From positions 11,470,001-11,534,000 of the forward strand of contig OZ024744.1 in assembly GCA_964016885.1 (NCBI GenBank): a DNA stretch of 64,000 bases, read 5' to 3'. How positions within the stretch are numbered: position 1 is the first letter of the stretch; each line of letters begins with the position of its first letter. The notes under the pieces were generated by a model that was given only the letters and a program-made list of their open reading frames with translations, had not been told where the DNA came from and made no database searches. Positions 12,851 through 28,400 of the stretch are shown piece by piece. The position numbers and the translations under genes are program-made. Source of the DNA: Eledone cirrhosa (Eukaryota).

Positions 12851-15800
12851 CTCTAACATGTTTTGTTGTTATTCTCCAATATGTTGTGATGTTGTACTCC
12901 AATGTGTTGTGTTGTTGTACTCCAATGTGATGTGTTGTTGTACTCCAATATGTTGTGCTGTTGTACTCCAATATTTTTTGTTTTTTGTACTCCAAAATGT
13001 TGTGTTGTTATACTCCAATATGTTGTGTTGTTATACTCCAATATGGTGTGTTGTTGTACTCCAATATGTTGTATTGTTTTCTCCAATATGTCATGTTATA
13101 CTCCAATATGGTGTGTTCGTGTACTCCAATATGTTGTGTTATTGTACTCCAATATGTTGCGTTGTTGTACTCCAATATGTTGTGTTGTTATACTCCAATA
13201 TGTCGTGTGGCTGTACTCCAATATGTCATGTTGTTGTACTCCAATATGTCTTGTTATAGTCCAATATGTCGTGTTGTTGTACTCCAATATATCATGTAGT
13301 TGTACTCCAATATTTCGTGTTGTTGTACCCCAATATGTAGTGGTGTTTATACTCCAATATATTTTGCTGTTGTACTCCAATATGTTGTGTTGCTGTACTC
13401 CTATATGTTGTGTTGTTATTCTCCAATATGTTGTGCTGTTGTACTCCAATGTGTTGTGTTGTTATACTCCAATGTGTTGTGTTGTTATACTCCAATATGT
13501 TGTGTTGTTGTAGTCCAATATGTTGTGTTGTCGTACTCCAATATGTTGTGTTGTTATACTCCAATATTTCGTGTGGTTGTACTCCAGTATGTCATGGTGT
13601 TGTACTTCAATATGTCGTGTTGTTGTACTCCAATATGTTGTCTTGTTGTACTCCAATCTGTTGTATTGTTGTACTTCAATATGTTCTGTTGTTGTACTCC
13701 AATATATTGTGTTGTTGTACTCCAATATGTTGTGTTATTGTACTCCAATATGCTGTGTTGTTGTACTCCAATATGTTGTGTTGTTGTACTCCAATATGTT
13801 GTGTTGTTGTACTCCAATATGTTGTGTTCTTATACTCCAATATGTTGTGTTGTTATACTCCAATATGTTGTGTTGTTGTACTCCAATATGTTGTGATGTT
13901 GTACTCCAATATGATGTGCTGTTATACTCCAATATGTTGTGTTGTTGTACTCCAATGTGTTGTGTTGTTGTACTCCAATATGTTGTGCCGTTGTACTCCA
14001 ATATTTTTTTGTTTTTGTACTCCAAAATGTTGTGTTGTTATACTCCAATATGTTGTGTTGGTGTACTCCAATATGGTGTGCTGTTGTACTCCAAATCTCG
14101 TGTTGTTATACTCCAATGTGTTGTGTTGTTATACTCCAATATGGTGTGTTGTTGAACTCCAATATGTTGTATTGTTTTTCTCCAATATGTCATGTTATAC
14201 TCCAATATGTCGTGTTGCTGTACTCCAATATGTCATGCTGTTGTACTCCAATATGTTTTGCTGTTGTACTCCACCGTGTTGTGTTGTTGAACTCCAATAC
14301 GTTGTGTTGTTGTTCTCCAATATTTTGTGCTGTTGTACTCCAATTTGTGTTGTTGTACTCCAATATGTTGTGTTGTTGTACTCCAATATGTTGTGTTGTT
14401 GTACTCCAATATGTTGTGTTGTTATACTCCAATATGTTGTGCTGTTGTACTCCAATATTTCGTGTTGTTGTACTCCAATACGTCGTGTTGTTGTACTCCA
14501 ATATGTTTTGATGTTGTACTCAAATATGTTGTGTTGTTGTACTCCAATATGTTTTGATGTTGTACTCCAATATGTTGTGTTGTTGTACTCCAATATGATG
14601 TGATGTTGTACTCCAATATGATGTGGTGTTGTACTCCAATGCGTTGTGTTGTTGTACTCCAATGTGATGTGTTGTTGTACTCCAATATGTTGTGCCATTG
14701 TACTCCAATATTTTTTATATTTGTACTCCAATATGTTGTGTTGTTATACTCCAATATGTTGTGCTGTTGTACTCCAAATCTCGTGTTGTTATACTCCAAT
14801 GTGTTGTGTTGTTATACTCCAATATGGTGTGTTGTTGTAGTCCAATATGTTGTATTGTTTTTTTCCAATATGTCATGTTATACTCCAATATGTTGTGTTC
14901 GTGTACTCCAATATGTTGTGTTATTGTACTCCAATATGTTGCGTTGTTGTACTCCAATATGTTGTGTTGTTATACTCCAATATGTTGTGTTGTTGTACTG
15001 CAATATGTTGTCTTGTTGTACTCCAAAAGGCCATGTTATCGTACTCCAATATGTCTTGTTATACTCCAATATGTCGTGTGGCTGTACTCCAATATGTCAT
15101 GTTGTTGTACTCCAATATGTCTTGTTATAGTCCAATATGTCGTGTTGTTGTACTCCAATATGTCATGTAGTTGTATTCCAATATTTCGTGTTGTTGTACC
15201 CCAATATGTCGTGTTGTTTATACTCCAATATGTTTTGCTGTTGTACTCCAATATGTTGTGTTGCTGTATTCCAATATGTTGTGTTGTTATTCTCCAATAT
15301 GTTGTGCTGTTGTACTCCAATGTGTTATGTTGTTATACTCCAATATGTTGTGCTGTGCTACTCCAATATATTGTGTTGTTGTACTCCAATGTGTTGTGTT
15401 GTTATACTCCAATATGTTGTGTTGATTTACTCCAATATGTTGTGTTGTTGTACTCCAATGTGATGTGTTGCTGTACTCCAATATGTTGTGCTGTTGTACT
15501 CCAATATTTTTTGTTTTTTGTACTCCAATATGTTGTGTTGTTATACTCCAATATGTTGTGTTGTTATACTCCAATATGGTGTGTTGTTGTACTCCAATAT
15601 GTTGTATTGTTTTCTCCAATATGTCATGTTATACTCCAATATGGTGTGTTCGTGTACTCCAATATGTTGTGTTATTGTACTCCAATATGTTGCGTTGTTG
15701 TACTCCAATATGTTGTGTTGTTATACTCCAATATGTCGTGTGGCTGTACTCCAATATGTCATGTTGTTGTACTCCAATATGTCTTGTTATAGTCCAATAT

Positions 15801-18800
15801 GTCGTGTTGTTGTACTCCAATATATCATGTAGTTGTACTCCAATATTTCGTGTTGTTGTACCCCAATATGTAGTGTTGTTTATACTCCAATATGTTTTGC
15901 TGTTGTACTCCAATATGTTGTGTTGTTGTACTCCAATCTGTTTTGTTGTTATACTCCAATATGTTGTGTTGTTATACTCCAATATGTTGTGTTGTTTTAC
16001 TCCAATATGTTGTGTTGTTGTACTCCAATATGTTGTGTTGTTGTACTCCAATATGTTGTGTTGTTGTAATCCAATATCTTGTGTTGTTATACTCCAATAT
16101 GTTGTGTTGTTGTACTCCAATATGTTGTGTTGTTGTACTCCAATGTGTTATGTTGTTATACTCCAATATGTTGTGCTGTGCTACTCCAATATAGTGTGTT
16201 GTTGTACTCCAATGTGTTGTGTTGTTATACTCCAATATGTTGTGTTGATTTACTCCAATATGTTGTGTTGTTGTACTCCAATCTGTTGTGTTGTTATACT
16301 CCAATATGTTGTGTTGTTATACTCCAATATGTTGTGTTGTTTTACTCCAATATGTTGTGTTGTTGTACTCCAATATGTCATGTTGCTGTACTCCAACATG
16401 TCGTGTTGTAGTACTCCAATATGTTTTGATGTTGTACTCCAATATGTTGTGTTGTTGTACTCCAATATGTTGTGTTGTTGTACTCCAATATGTTGTGTTG
16501 TTGTACTCCAATATGTTGTGTTGTTATACTCCAATATGTTGTGCTGTTGTACTCCAATATGTCATGTTGTTGTACTCCAATATTTCGTGTTGTTCTACTC
16601 CAATATTTCGTGTTGTTGTACTCCAATATGTCGTGGTGTTGTACTCCAATATGTTTTGATGTTGTACTCCAATATGTCGTGTTGTTGTACTCCAATATGT
16701 TGTGTTGTTGTACTCCAATATGCTGTGTTGTTATACTCCTATATGTTGTGCTGTTGTACTTCAATATGTTGTGTTCTACTCCAATATGTTGTGTTGTTAT
16801 ACTCCAATATGTTGTGTTGTTGTACTCCAATATGTTGTGTTGTTGTACTCCAATATGTGATGTTGTTGTACTCCAATATGTCGTATTGTTGTACTCCAAT
16901 ATATTGTGTTGTTATACTCCAATATTTCGTGTTGTTTTAGTCCAATATGTCATGTTGTTTTACTCCAATATTTCGTGTTGTTGTACTCCAATATGTCATG
17001 GTGTTGTACTTCAATATGTCGTATTGTTGTACTCCAATATGTTGTGTTGTTGTTCTCCAATATGTCGTGTTGTTATACTCCAATATGTTATGATGTTGTA
17101 CTCCAATATATTGTGTTGTTGTACTCCAATATGTTGTGTTGCTATACTCCAATATGTTGTGTCGTTGTACTCCAATATGTTGTGTTGTTGTACTCCAATA
17201 TGTTGTGTTGTTGTACTCCAATATGTTGTTGTACTCCAATATGCCATGTTGTTATACTCCAATATGTCGTGGTGTTGTACTCCAATATGTCATGTTGTTG
17301 TACTCCAATATTTCGTGTTGTTGTACTCCAATATGTCATAAGGGTTGTACTCCAATATGGTGTGTTGTTGTACTCCAATATGCTGTGTTGCTGTACTCCA
17401 ATAGGTTGTGTTGTTGTACTCCAATATGCTGTGTTGGCTGTGCTCCAATACGTTGTGTTGTTGTACTCCAATATGTTGTGCTGCTGTACTCCAATATGTT
17501 GTGTTGTTGAACTCCAATATGTTGTGTTGTTGTACTCCAATATGTTGTGTTGTTGTACTCCAATCTATATCGCTGTTGTACTCCAATATGTTGTGTTGTT
17601 GTACTCCAATATGTTGTGCTGTTGTACTCCAATATGTTGTGCTGTTGTACTCCAATATTTTGTGTTGTTATACTCCAATATATTGTGTTGTTATACTCCA
17701 ATATGTTGTGTTGTTGTACTCCAAAATATTGTGTTGTTATACTCCAATATGTTGTGTTGTTATACTCCAATATGTTGTGCTGTTATACTCCAATATGTTG
17801 TGTTGTTGTACTCCAATATGTTGTTTTGTTTTCTCCAATATGTCATGTTATACTCCAATAAGTTGTGTTCTTGTACTCCAATATGTTGTGTTGTTGTACT
17901 CCAATATATCATGTTGTCGTACTCCAATATGTCATGTTATACTCCAATATGTCATTGTTGTACTCCAATATGTCGTGTTGTTGTACTCCAATATGTCGTG
18001 CTGTTGTACTCCAATATGCTGTGTTGTTATACTCCAATATGTTGTGTTGTTGTACTCCAATATGTTGTGTTGTTATACTCCAATATGTTGTGTTGTTGTA
18101 CTCCAATATGTCATGTTGTTATACTCCAATATGTTGCGTTGTTGTACTCCAATATATCATGTTGTCGTACTCCAATATGTTTTGATGTTGTACTCCAATA
18201 TGTTGTGTTGTTGTACTCCAATATGTTGTGTAGTCGTACTCCAATATGTTGTGTTGTTGTACTCCAATATGCTGTGATGTTGTACTCCAATATGATGTGC
18301 TGTTGTACTCCAATGCGTTGTGTTGTTGTACTCCAATATGCTGTGTTGTTATACTCCAATATGTTGTGTTGTTATACTCCAATCTGTTGTGTTGTTATAC
18401 TCCAATATATTGTGTTGTTATACTCCAATATGTTGTGTTGTTTTACTCCAATATGTTGTGTTGTTGTACTCCAATATCTTGTATTGTTGTTCTCCAATAT
18501 GTCATGTTATACTCCAATAAGTTGTGTTCTTGTACTCCAATATGTTGTGTTGTTGTACTCCAATATGTTGTGTTGTTGTACTCCAATATATCATGTTGTC
18601 GTACTCCAATATGTCATGTTATACTCCAATGTGTCATTGTTGTACTCCAATATGTCGTGTTGTTGTACTCCAATATGTCGTGTTGTTGTACTCCAATATG
18701 TTGTGTTGTTGTACTCCAATATGTTGTGTTGTTGTACTCCAATATGTTGTGTTGTTATACTCCAATATGTTATGTTGTTGTACTCCAATATGTCATGTTG

Positions 18801-21800
18801 TTGTACTCCAATATGTTTTGATGTTGTACTCCAATATGTCGTGTTGTTATACTCCAATATGTTATGATGTTGTACTCCAATATATTGTGTTGTTGTACTC
18901 CAATATGTTGTGTTGCTGTACTCCAATATGTTGTGTCGTTGTACTCCAATACGTTGTGTTGTTATACTCCAATATGTTGTGTTGTTGTACTCCAATATGT
19001 TGTTATACTCCAATATGTCATGTTGTCGTACTCCAATATTTCGTGTTGTTGTACTCCAATATGTCATGGTGTTGTACTCCAATATGTTGTGTTGTTGTAC
19101 TCCAATATGTTGTGTTGTTGTACTCCAATATGTTGTGTTGTTGTACTCCAATATGTTGTGTTGTTGTACTCCAATATGTTGTGTTGTTGTACTCCAATAT
19201 GTTGTGTTGTTGTACTCCAATATGCCATGTTGTTATACTCCAATATGTGGTGGTGTTGTACTCCAATATGTCATGTTGTTGTACTCCAATATTTCGTGTT
19301 GTTGTACTCCAATATGTCATAGGGGTTGTACTCCAATATGCTGTGTTGCTGTACTCCAATAGGTTGTGTTGTTGTACTCCAATATGTTGTGCTGCTGTAC
19401 TCCAATATGTTGTGTTGTTGTACTCCAATATGTTGTGTTGTTGTACTCCAATATGTTGTGTTGTTGTACTCCAATCTATATCGCTGTTGTACTCCAATAT
19501 GTTGTGTTGTTGTACTCCAATATGTTGTGCTGTTGTACTCCAATATGTTGTGTTGTTGTACTCCAATATTTTGTGCTGTTATACTCCAATATATTGTGTT
19601 GTTATACTCCAATATGTTGTGTTGTTGTACTCCAAAATATTGTGTTGTTATACTCCAATATGTTGTGTTGTTATACTCCAATAAGTTGTGCTGTTATACT
19701 CCAATATGTTGTGTTGTTGTACTCCAATATGTTGTGCTGTTATACTCCAATATTTTGTGTTGTTATACTCCAATATGTGGTATTTTTGTACTCCAATATG
19801 TTGTGCTGTTGTACTCCAATATGTTGTGTTGTTATACTCCAACATGTTGTGTTGTTATACTCCAATATGTTGTGTTGTTATACTCGAATATGTTGTGTTG
19901 TTATACTCGAATATCTTGTGTTGTTATACTCGAATATGTTGTGCTGTTGTACTCCAATATGTCGTGTTGTTGTACTCCAATATATCATGTAGTTGTACTC
20001 CAATATTTCGTGTTGTTGTACCCCAATATGTAGTGTTGTTTATACTCCAATATGTTTTGCTGTTGTACTCCAATATGTTGTGTTGCTGTACTCCTATATG
20101 TTGTGTTGTTATTCTCCAATATGTTGTGCTGTTGTACTCCAATGTGTTGTGTTGTTATACTCCAATATGTTGTGTTGATTTACTCCAATATGTTGTGTTG
20201 TTGTACTCCAATATGCTGTGTTGTTATACTCCAATGTGTTGTGTTGTTATACTCCAATATGTTGTGTTGTTGTAGTCCAATATGTTGTGTTGTCGTACTC
20301 CAATATGTTGTGTTGTTATACTCCAATATTTCGTGTGGTTGTACTCCAATATGTCATGGTGTTGTACTTCAATATGTCGTGTTGTTGTACTCCAATATGT
20401 TGTCTTGCTGTACTCCAATATGTTGTGTTGTTGTACTCCAATATCTTGTGTTCTTATACTCCAATATGTTATGTTGTTATACTCCAATATGTTGTGTTGT
20501 TGTACTCCAATATGTTGTGCTGTTTTACTCCAATATGTTGTGTTGTTGTACTCCAATATGTTGTATTGTTTTTCTCCAATATGTCATGTTATACTCCAAT
20601 AAGTTGTGTTCTTGTACTCCAATATGTTGTGTAGTTGTACTCCAATATATCATGTTGTCGTACTCCAATATGTCATGTTATACTCCAATATGTCATTGTT
20701 GTACTCCAATATGTCGTGTTGTTGTACTCCAATATGTCGTGTTGTTGTACTCCAATATGTTGTGTTGTTGTACTCCAATATGTTGTGTTGTTGTACTCCA
20801 ATATGTTGTGTTGTTATACTCCAATATGTTATGTTGTTGTACTCCAATATGTCATGTTGTTGTACTCCAATATGTTTTGATGTTGTACTCCAATATGTTG
20901 TGTTGTTGTACTCCAATATGTTTTGATGTTGTAGTCCAATATGTTGTGTTGTTGTACTCCAATATGTTGTGTAGTCGTACTCCAATATGTTGTGTTGTTG
21001 TACTCCAATATGCTGTGATGTTGTACTCCAATATGACGTGCTGTTGTACTCCAATGCGTTGTGTTGTTGTACTCCAATATGCTGTGTTGTTATACTCCAA
21101 TATGTTGTGTTGTTGTACTCCAATATGTTGTGTTGTTGTACTCCAATATGTTGTGTTGTTGTAATCCAATATCTTGTGTAGTTATACTCCAATATGTTGT
21201 GCTGTTGTACTCCAATATGTTGAGTTGTTATACTCCAATATGTAGTGTTGTTATACTCCAATATGTTGTGTTGTTGTACTCCAATCTGTTGCGTTATACT
21301 CCAATATGTTGTGTTGTTATACTCCAATATGTTGTGTTGTTATACTCCAATATGTTGTGTTGTTTTACTCCAATATGTTGTATTGTTGATCTCCAATATG
21401 TCATATTATACTCCAATAAGTTGTGTTCTTGTACTCCAATATGTGTTGTTGTTGTACTCCAATATGTTGCGTTGTTGTACTCCAATATATCATGTTGTCG
21501 TACTCCAATATGTCATGTTATACTCCAATATGTTTTGATGCCGTACTCCAATATGTTGTGTTGTTGTACTACAATATGTTGTGTTGTTGTACTCCAATAT
21601 GTTGTGTTGTTATACTCCAATATGTTGTGCTGTTGTACTCCAATATGTTGTGTTGTTATACTCCAATATGTAGTGTTGTTATACTCCAATATGTTGTGTT
21701 GTTGTACTCCAATCTGTTGTGTTGTTATACTCCAATATATTGTGTTGTTATACTCCAATATGTTGTGTTGTTTTACTCCAATATGTTGTGTTGTTGTACT

Positions 21801-22407
21801 CCAATATGTTGTATTGTTGTTCTCCAATATGTCATGTTATACTCCAATAAGTTGTGTTCTTGTACTCCAATATGTTGTGTTGTTGTACTCCAATATGTTG
21901 TGTTGTTGTACTCCAATATATCATGTTGTCGTACTCCAATATGTCATGTTATACTCCAATATGTCGTTGTTATACTCCAATATGTCATGATGTTGTACTC
22001 CAATATGTCGTGTTCTTGTACTCCAATATGTCGTGTTGTCGTACTCCAATATGTTGTGTTGTTGTACTCCAATATGTTGTGCTGTTGTACTCCAATATGT
22101 TTGTTGTTGTACTCCAATATGTTGTGTTGTTATACTCCAATATGTTGTGTTGTTGTACTCCAATATTTCGTGTTGTTGTACTCCAATACGTCGTGTTGTA
22201 TTCCAATATGTTGTGTTGTTATACTCCAATATGTTATGTTGTTGTACTCCAATGTGTCTTGTTGTTGTACTCCAATATGTTTTGATGTTGTACTCCAATA
22301 TGTTGTGTTGTTGTACTCCAATATGTTTTGATGTTGTACTCCAATATGTTGTGTTGTTGTACTCCAATATGTTGTGTAGTCGTATTCCAATATGTTGTGT
22401 TGTTGTA
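12851..22407. repeat. Higher-order repeat period 1 (9,557 bp, full length)
   Basis: Phase marker CTCTAACATG at 12851 and 22408. The ORF track repeats at offset 9557 (12771/22328, 14692/24249, 15465/25022). The phase origin is arbitrary. Confidence 0.93.
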
Positions 22408-25400
22408 CTCTAACATGTTTTGTTGTTATTCTCCAATATGTTGTGATGTTGTACTCCAATGTGTTGTGTTGTTGTACTCCAATGTGATGTGTTGTTGTAC
22501 TCCAATATGTTGTGCTGTTGTACTCCAATATTTTTTGTTTTTTGTACTCCAAAATGTTGTGTTGTTATACTCCAATATGTTGTGTTGTTATACTCCAATA
22601 TGGTGTGTTGTTGTACTCCAATATGTTGTATTGTTTTCTCCAATATGTCATGTTATACTCCAATATGGTGTGTTCGTGTACTCCAATATGTTGTGTTATT
22701 GTACTCCAATATGTTGCGTTGTTGTACTCCAATATGTTGTGTTGTTATACTCCAATATGTCGTGTGGCTGTACTCCAATATGTCATGTTGTTGTACTCCA
22801 ATATGTCTTGTTATAGTCCAATATGTCGTGTTGTTGTACTCCAATATATCATGTAGTTGTACTCCAATATTTCGTGTTGTTGTACCCCAATATGTAGTGG
22901 TGTTTATACTCCAATATATTTTGCTGTTGTACTCCAATATGTTGTGTTGCTGTACTCCTATATGTTGTGTTGTTATTCTCCAATATGTTGTGCTGTTGTA
23001 CTCCAATGTGTTGTGTTGTTATACTCCAATGTGTTGTGTTGTTATACTCCAATATGTTGTGTTGTTGTAGTCCAATATGTTGTGTTGTCGTACTCCAATA
23101 TGTTGTGTTGTTATACTCCAATATTTCGTGTGGTTGTACTCCAGTATGTCATGGTGTTGTACTTCAATATGTCGTGTTGTTGTACTCCAATATGTTGTCT
23201 TGTTGTACTCCAATCTGTTGTATTGTTGTACTTCAATATGTTCTGTTGTTGTACTCCAATATATTGTGTTGTTGTACTCCAATATGTTGTGTTATTGTAC
23301 TCCAATATGCTGTGTTGTTGTACTCCAATATGTTGTGTTGTTGTACTCCAATATGTTGTGTTGTTGTACTCCAATATGTTGTGTTCTTATACTCCAATAT
23401 GTTGTGTTGTTATACTCCAATATGTTGTGTTGTTGTACTCCAATATGTTGTGATGTTGTACTCCAATATGATGTGCTGTTATACTCCAATATGTTGTGTT
23501 GTTGTACTCCAATGTGTTGTGTTGTTGTACTCCAATATGTTGTGCCGTTGTACTCCAATATTTTTTTGTTTTTGTACTCCAAAATGTTGTGTTGTTATAC
23601 TCCAATATGTTGTGTTGGTGTACTCCAATATGGTGTGCTGTTGTACTCCAAATCTCGTGTTGTTATACTCCAATGTGTTGTGTTGTTATACTCCAATATG
23701 GTGTGTTGTTGAACTCCAATATGTTGTATTGTTTTTCTCCAATATGTCATGTTATACTCCAATATGTCGTGTTGCTGTACTCCAATATGTCATGCTGTTG
23801 TACTCCAATATGTTTTGCTGTTGTACTCCACCGTGTTGTGTTGTTGAACTCCAATACGTTGTGTTGTTGTTCTCCAATATTTTGTGCTGTTGTACTCCAA
23901 TTTGTGTTGTTGTACTCCAATATGTTGTGTTGTTGTACTCCAATATGTTGTGTTGTTGTACTCCAATATGTTGTGTTGTTATACTCCAATATGTTGTGCT
24001 GTTGTACTCCAATATTTCGTGTTGTTGTACTCCAATACGTCGTGTTGTTGTACTCCAATATGTTTTGATGTTGTACTCAAATATGTTGTGTTGTTGTACT
24101 CCAATATGTTTTGATGTTGTACTCCAATATGTTGTGTTGTTGTACTCCAATATGATGTGATGTTGTACTCCAATATGATGTGATGTTGTACTCCAATGCG
24201 TTGTGTTGTTGTACTCCAATGTGATGTGTTGTTGTACTCCAATATGTTGTGCCATTGTACTCCAATATTTTTTATATTTGTACTCCAATATGTTGTGTTG
24301 TTATACTCCAATATGTTGTGCTGTTGTACTCCAAATCTCGTGTTGTTATACTCCAATGTGTTGTGTTGTTATACTCCAATATGGTGTGTTGTTGTAGTCC
24401 AATATGTTGTATTGTTTTTTTCCAATATGTCATGTTATACTCCAATATGTTGTGTTCGTGTACTCCAATATGTTGTGTTATTGTACTCCAATATGTTGCG
24501 TTGTTGTACTCCAATATGTTGTGTTGTTATACTCCAATATGTTGTGTTGTTGTACTGCAATATGTTGTCTTGTTGTACTCCAAAAGGCCATGTTATCGTA
24601 CTCCAATATGTCTTGTTATACTCCAATATGTCGTGTGGCTGTACTCCAATATGTCATGTTGTTGTACTCCAATATGTCTTGTTATAGTCCAATATGTCGT
24701 GTTGTTGTACTCCAATATGTCATGTAGTTGTATTCCAATATTTCGTGTTGTTGTACCCCAATATGTCGTGTTGTTTATACTCCAATATGTTTTGCTGTTG
24801 TACTCCAATATGTTGTGTTGCTGTATTCCAATATGTTGTGTTGTTATTCTCCAATATGTTGTGCTGTTGTACTCCAATGTGTTATGTTGTTATACTCCAA
24901 TATGTTGTGCTGTGCTACTCCAATATATTGTGTTGTTGTACTCCAATGTGTTGTGTTGTTATACTCCAATATGTTGTGTTGATTTACTCCAATATGTTGT
25001 GTTGTTGTACTCCAATGTGATGTGTTGCTGTACTCCAATATGTTGTGCTGTTGTACTCCAATATTTTTTGTTTTTTGTACTCCAATATGTTGTGTTGTTA
25101 TACTCCAATATGTTGTGTTGTTATACTCCAATATGGTGTGTTGTTGTACTCCAATATGTTGTATTGTTTTCTCCAATATGTCATGTTATACTCCAATATG
25201 GTGTGTTCGTGTACTCCAATATGTTGTGTTATTGTACTCCAATATGTTGCGTTGTTGTACTCCAATATGTTGTGTTGTTATACTCCAATATGTCGTGTGG
25301 CTGTACTCCAATATGTCATGTTGTTGTACTCCAATATGTCTTGTTATAGTCCAATATGTCGTGTTGTTGTACTCCAATATATCATGTAGTTGTACTCCAA

Positions 25401-28400
25401 TATTTCGTGTTGTTGTACCCCAATATGTAGTGTTGTTTATACTCCAATATGTTTTGCTGTTGTACTCCAATATGTTGTGTTGTTGTACTCCAATCTGTTT
25501 TGTTGTTATACTCCAATATGTTGTGTTGTTATACTCCAATATGTTGTGTTGTTTTACTCCAATATGTTGTGTTGTTGTACTCCAATATGTTGTGTTGTTG
25601 TACTCCAATATGTTGTGTTGTTGTAATCCAATATCTTGTGTTGTTATACTCCAATATGTTGTGTTGTTGTACTCCAATATGTTGTGTTGTTGTACTCCAA
25701 TGTGTTATGTTGTTATACTCCAATATGTTGTGCTGTGCTACTCCAATATAGTGTGTTGTTGTACTCCAATGTGTTGTGTTGTTATACTCCAATATGTTGT
25801 GTTGATTTACTCCAATATGTTGTGTTGTTGTACTCCAATCTGTTGTGTTGTTATACTCCAATATGTTGTGTTGTTATACTCCAATATGTTGTGTTGTTTT
25901 ACTCCAATATGTTGTGTTGTTGTACTCCAATATGTCATGTTGCTGTACTCCAACATGTCGTGTTGTAGTACTCCAATATGTTTTGATGTTGTACTCCAAT
26001 ATGTTGTGTTGTTGTACTCCAATATGTTGTGTTGTTGTACTCCAATATGTTGTGTTGTTGTACTCCAATATGTTGTGTTGTTATACTCCAATATGTTGTG
26101 CTGTTGTACTCCAATATGTCATGTTGTTGTACTCCAATATTTCGTGTTGTTCTACTCCAATATTTCGTGTTGTTGTACTCCAATATGTCGTGGTGTTGTA
26201 CTCCAATATGTTTTGATGTTGTACTCCAATATGTCGTGTTGTTGTACTCCAATATGTTGTGTTGTTGTACTCCAATATGCTGTGTTGTTATACTCCTATA
26301 TGTTGTGCTGTTGTACTTCAATATGTTGTGTTCTACTCCAATATGTTGTGTTGTTATACTCCAATATGTTGTGTTGTTGTACTCCAATATGTTGTGTTGT
26401 TGTACTCCAATATGTGATGTTGTTGTACTCCAATATGTCGTATTGTTGTACTCCAATATATTGTGTTGTTATACTCCAATATTTCGTGTTGTTTTAGTCC
26501 AATATGTCATGTTGTTTTACTCCAATATTTCGTGTTGTTGTACTCCAATATGTCATGGTGTTGTACTTCAATATGTCGTATTGTTGTACTCCAATATGTT
26601 GTGTTGTTGTTCTCCAATATGTCGTGTTGTTATACTCCAATATGTTATGATGTTGTACTCCAATATATTGTGTTGTTGTACTCCAATATGTTGTGTTGCT
26701 ATACTCCAATATGTTGTGTCGTTGTACTCCAATATGTTGTGTTGTTGTACTCCAATATGTTGTGTTGTTGTACTCCAATATGTTGTTGTACTCCAATATG
26801 CCATGTTGTTATACTCCAATATGTCGTGGTGTTGTACTCCAATATGTCATGTTGTTGTACTCCAATATTTCGTGTTGTTGTACTCCAATATGTCATAAGG
26901 GTTGTACTCCAATATGGTGTGTTGTTGTACTCCAATATGCTGTGTTGCTGTACTCCAATAGGTTGTGTTGTTGTACTCCAATATGCTGTGTTGGCTGTGC
27001 TCCAATACGTTGTGTTGTTGTACTCCAATATGTTGTGCTGCTGTACTCCAATATGTTGTGTTGTTGTACTCCAATATGTTGTGTTGTTGTACTCCAATAT
27101 GTTGTGTTGTTGTACTCCAATCTATATCGCTGTTGTACTCCAATATGTTGTGTTGTTGTACTCCAATATGTTGTGCTGTTGTACTCCAATATGTTGTGCT
27201 GTTGTACTCCAATATTTTGTGTTGTTATACTCCAATATATTGTGTTGTTATACTCCAATATGTTGTGTTGTTGTACTCCAAAATATTGTGTTGTTATACT
27301 CCAATATGTTGTGTTGTTATACTCCAATATGTTGTGCTGTTATACTCCAATATGTTGTGTTGTTGTACTCCAATATGTTGTATTGTTGTTCTCCAATATG
27401 TCATGTTATACTCCAATAAGTTGTGTTCTTGTACTCCAATATGTTGTGTTGTTGTACTCCAATATATCATGTTGTCGTACTCCAATATGTCATGTTATAC
27501 TCCAATATGTCATTGTTGTACTCCAATATGTCGTGTTGTTGTACTCCAATATGTCGTGCTGTTGTACTCCAATATGCTGTGTTGTTATACTCCAATATGT
27601 TGTGTTGTTGTACTCCAATATGTTGTGTTGTTATACTCCAATATGTTGTGTTGTTGTACTCCAATATGTCATGTTGTTATACTCCAATATGTTGCGTTGT
27701 TGTACTCCAATATATCATGTTGTCGTACTCCAATATGTTTTGATGTTGTACTCCAATATGTTGTGTTGTTGTACTCCAATATGTTGTGTAGTCGTACTCC
27801 AATATGTTGTGTTGTTGTACTCCAATATGCTGTGATGTTGTACTCCAATATGATGTGCTGTTGTACTCCAATGCGTTGTGTTGTTGTACTCCAATATGCT
27901 GTGTTGTTATACTCCAATATGTTGTGTTGTTATACTCCAATCTGTTGTGTTGTTATACTCCAATATATTGTGTTGTTATACTCCAATATGTTGTGTTGTT
28001 TTACTCCAATATGTTGTGTTGTTGTACTCCAATATCTTGTATTGTTGTTCTCCAATATGTCATGTTATACTCCAATAAGTTGTGTTCTTGTACTCCAATA
28101 TGTTGTGTTGTTGTACTCCAATATGTTGTGTTGTTGTACTCCAATATATCATGTTGTCGTACTCCAATATGTCATGTTATACTCCAATGTGTCATTGTTG
28201 TACTCCAATATGTCGTGTTGTTGTACTCCAATATGTCGTGTTGTTGTACTCCAATATGTTGTGTTGTTGTACTCCAATATGTTGTGTTGTTGTACTCCAA
28301 TATGTTGTGTTGTTATACTCCAATATGTTATGTTGTTGTACTCCAATATGTCATGTTGTTGTACTCCAATATGTTTTGATGTTGTACTCCAATATGTCGT

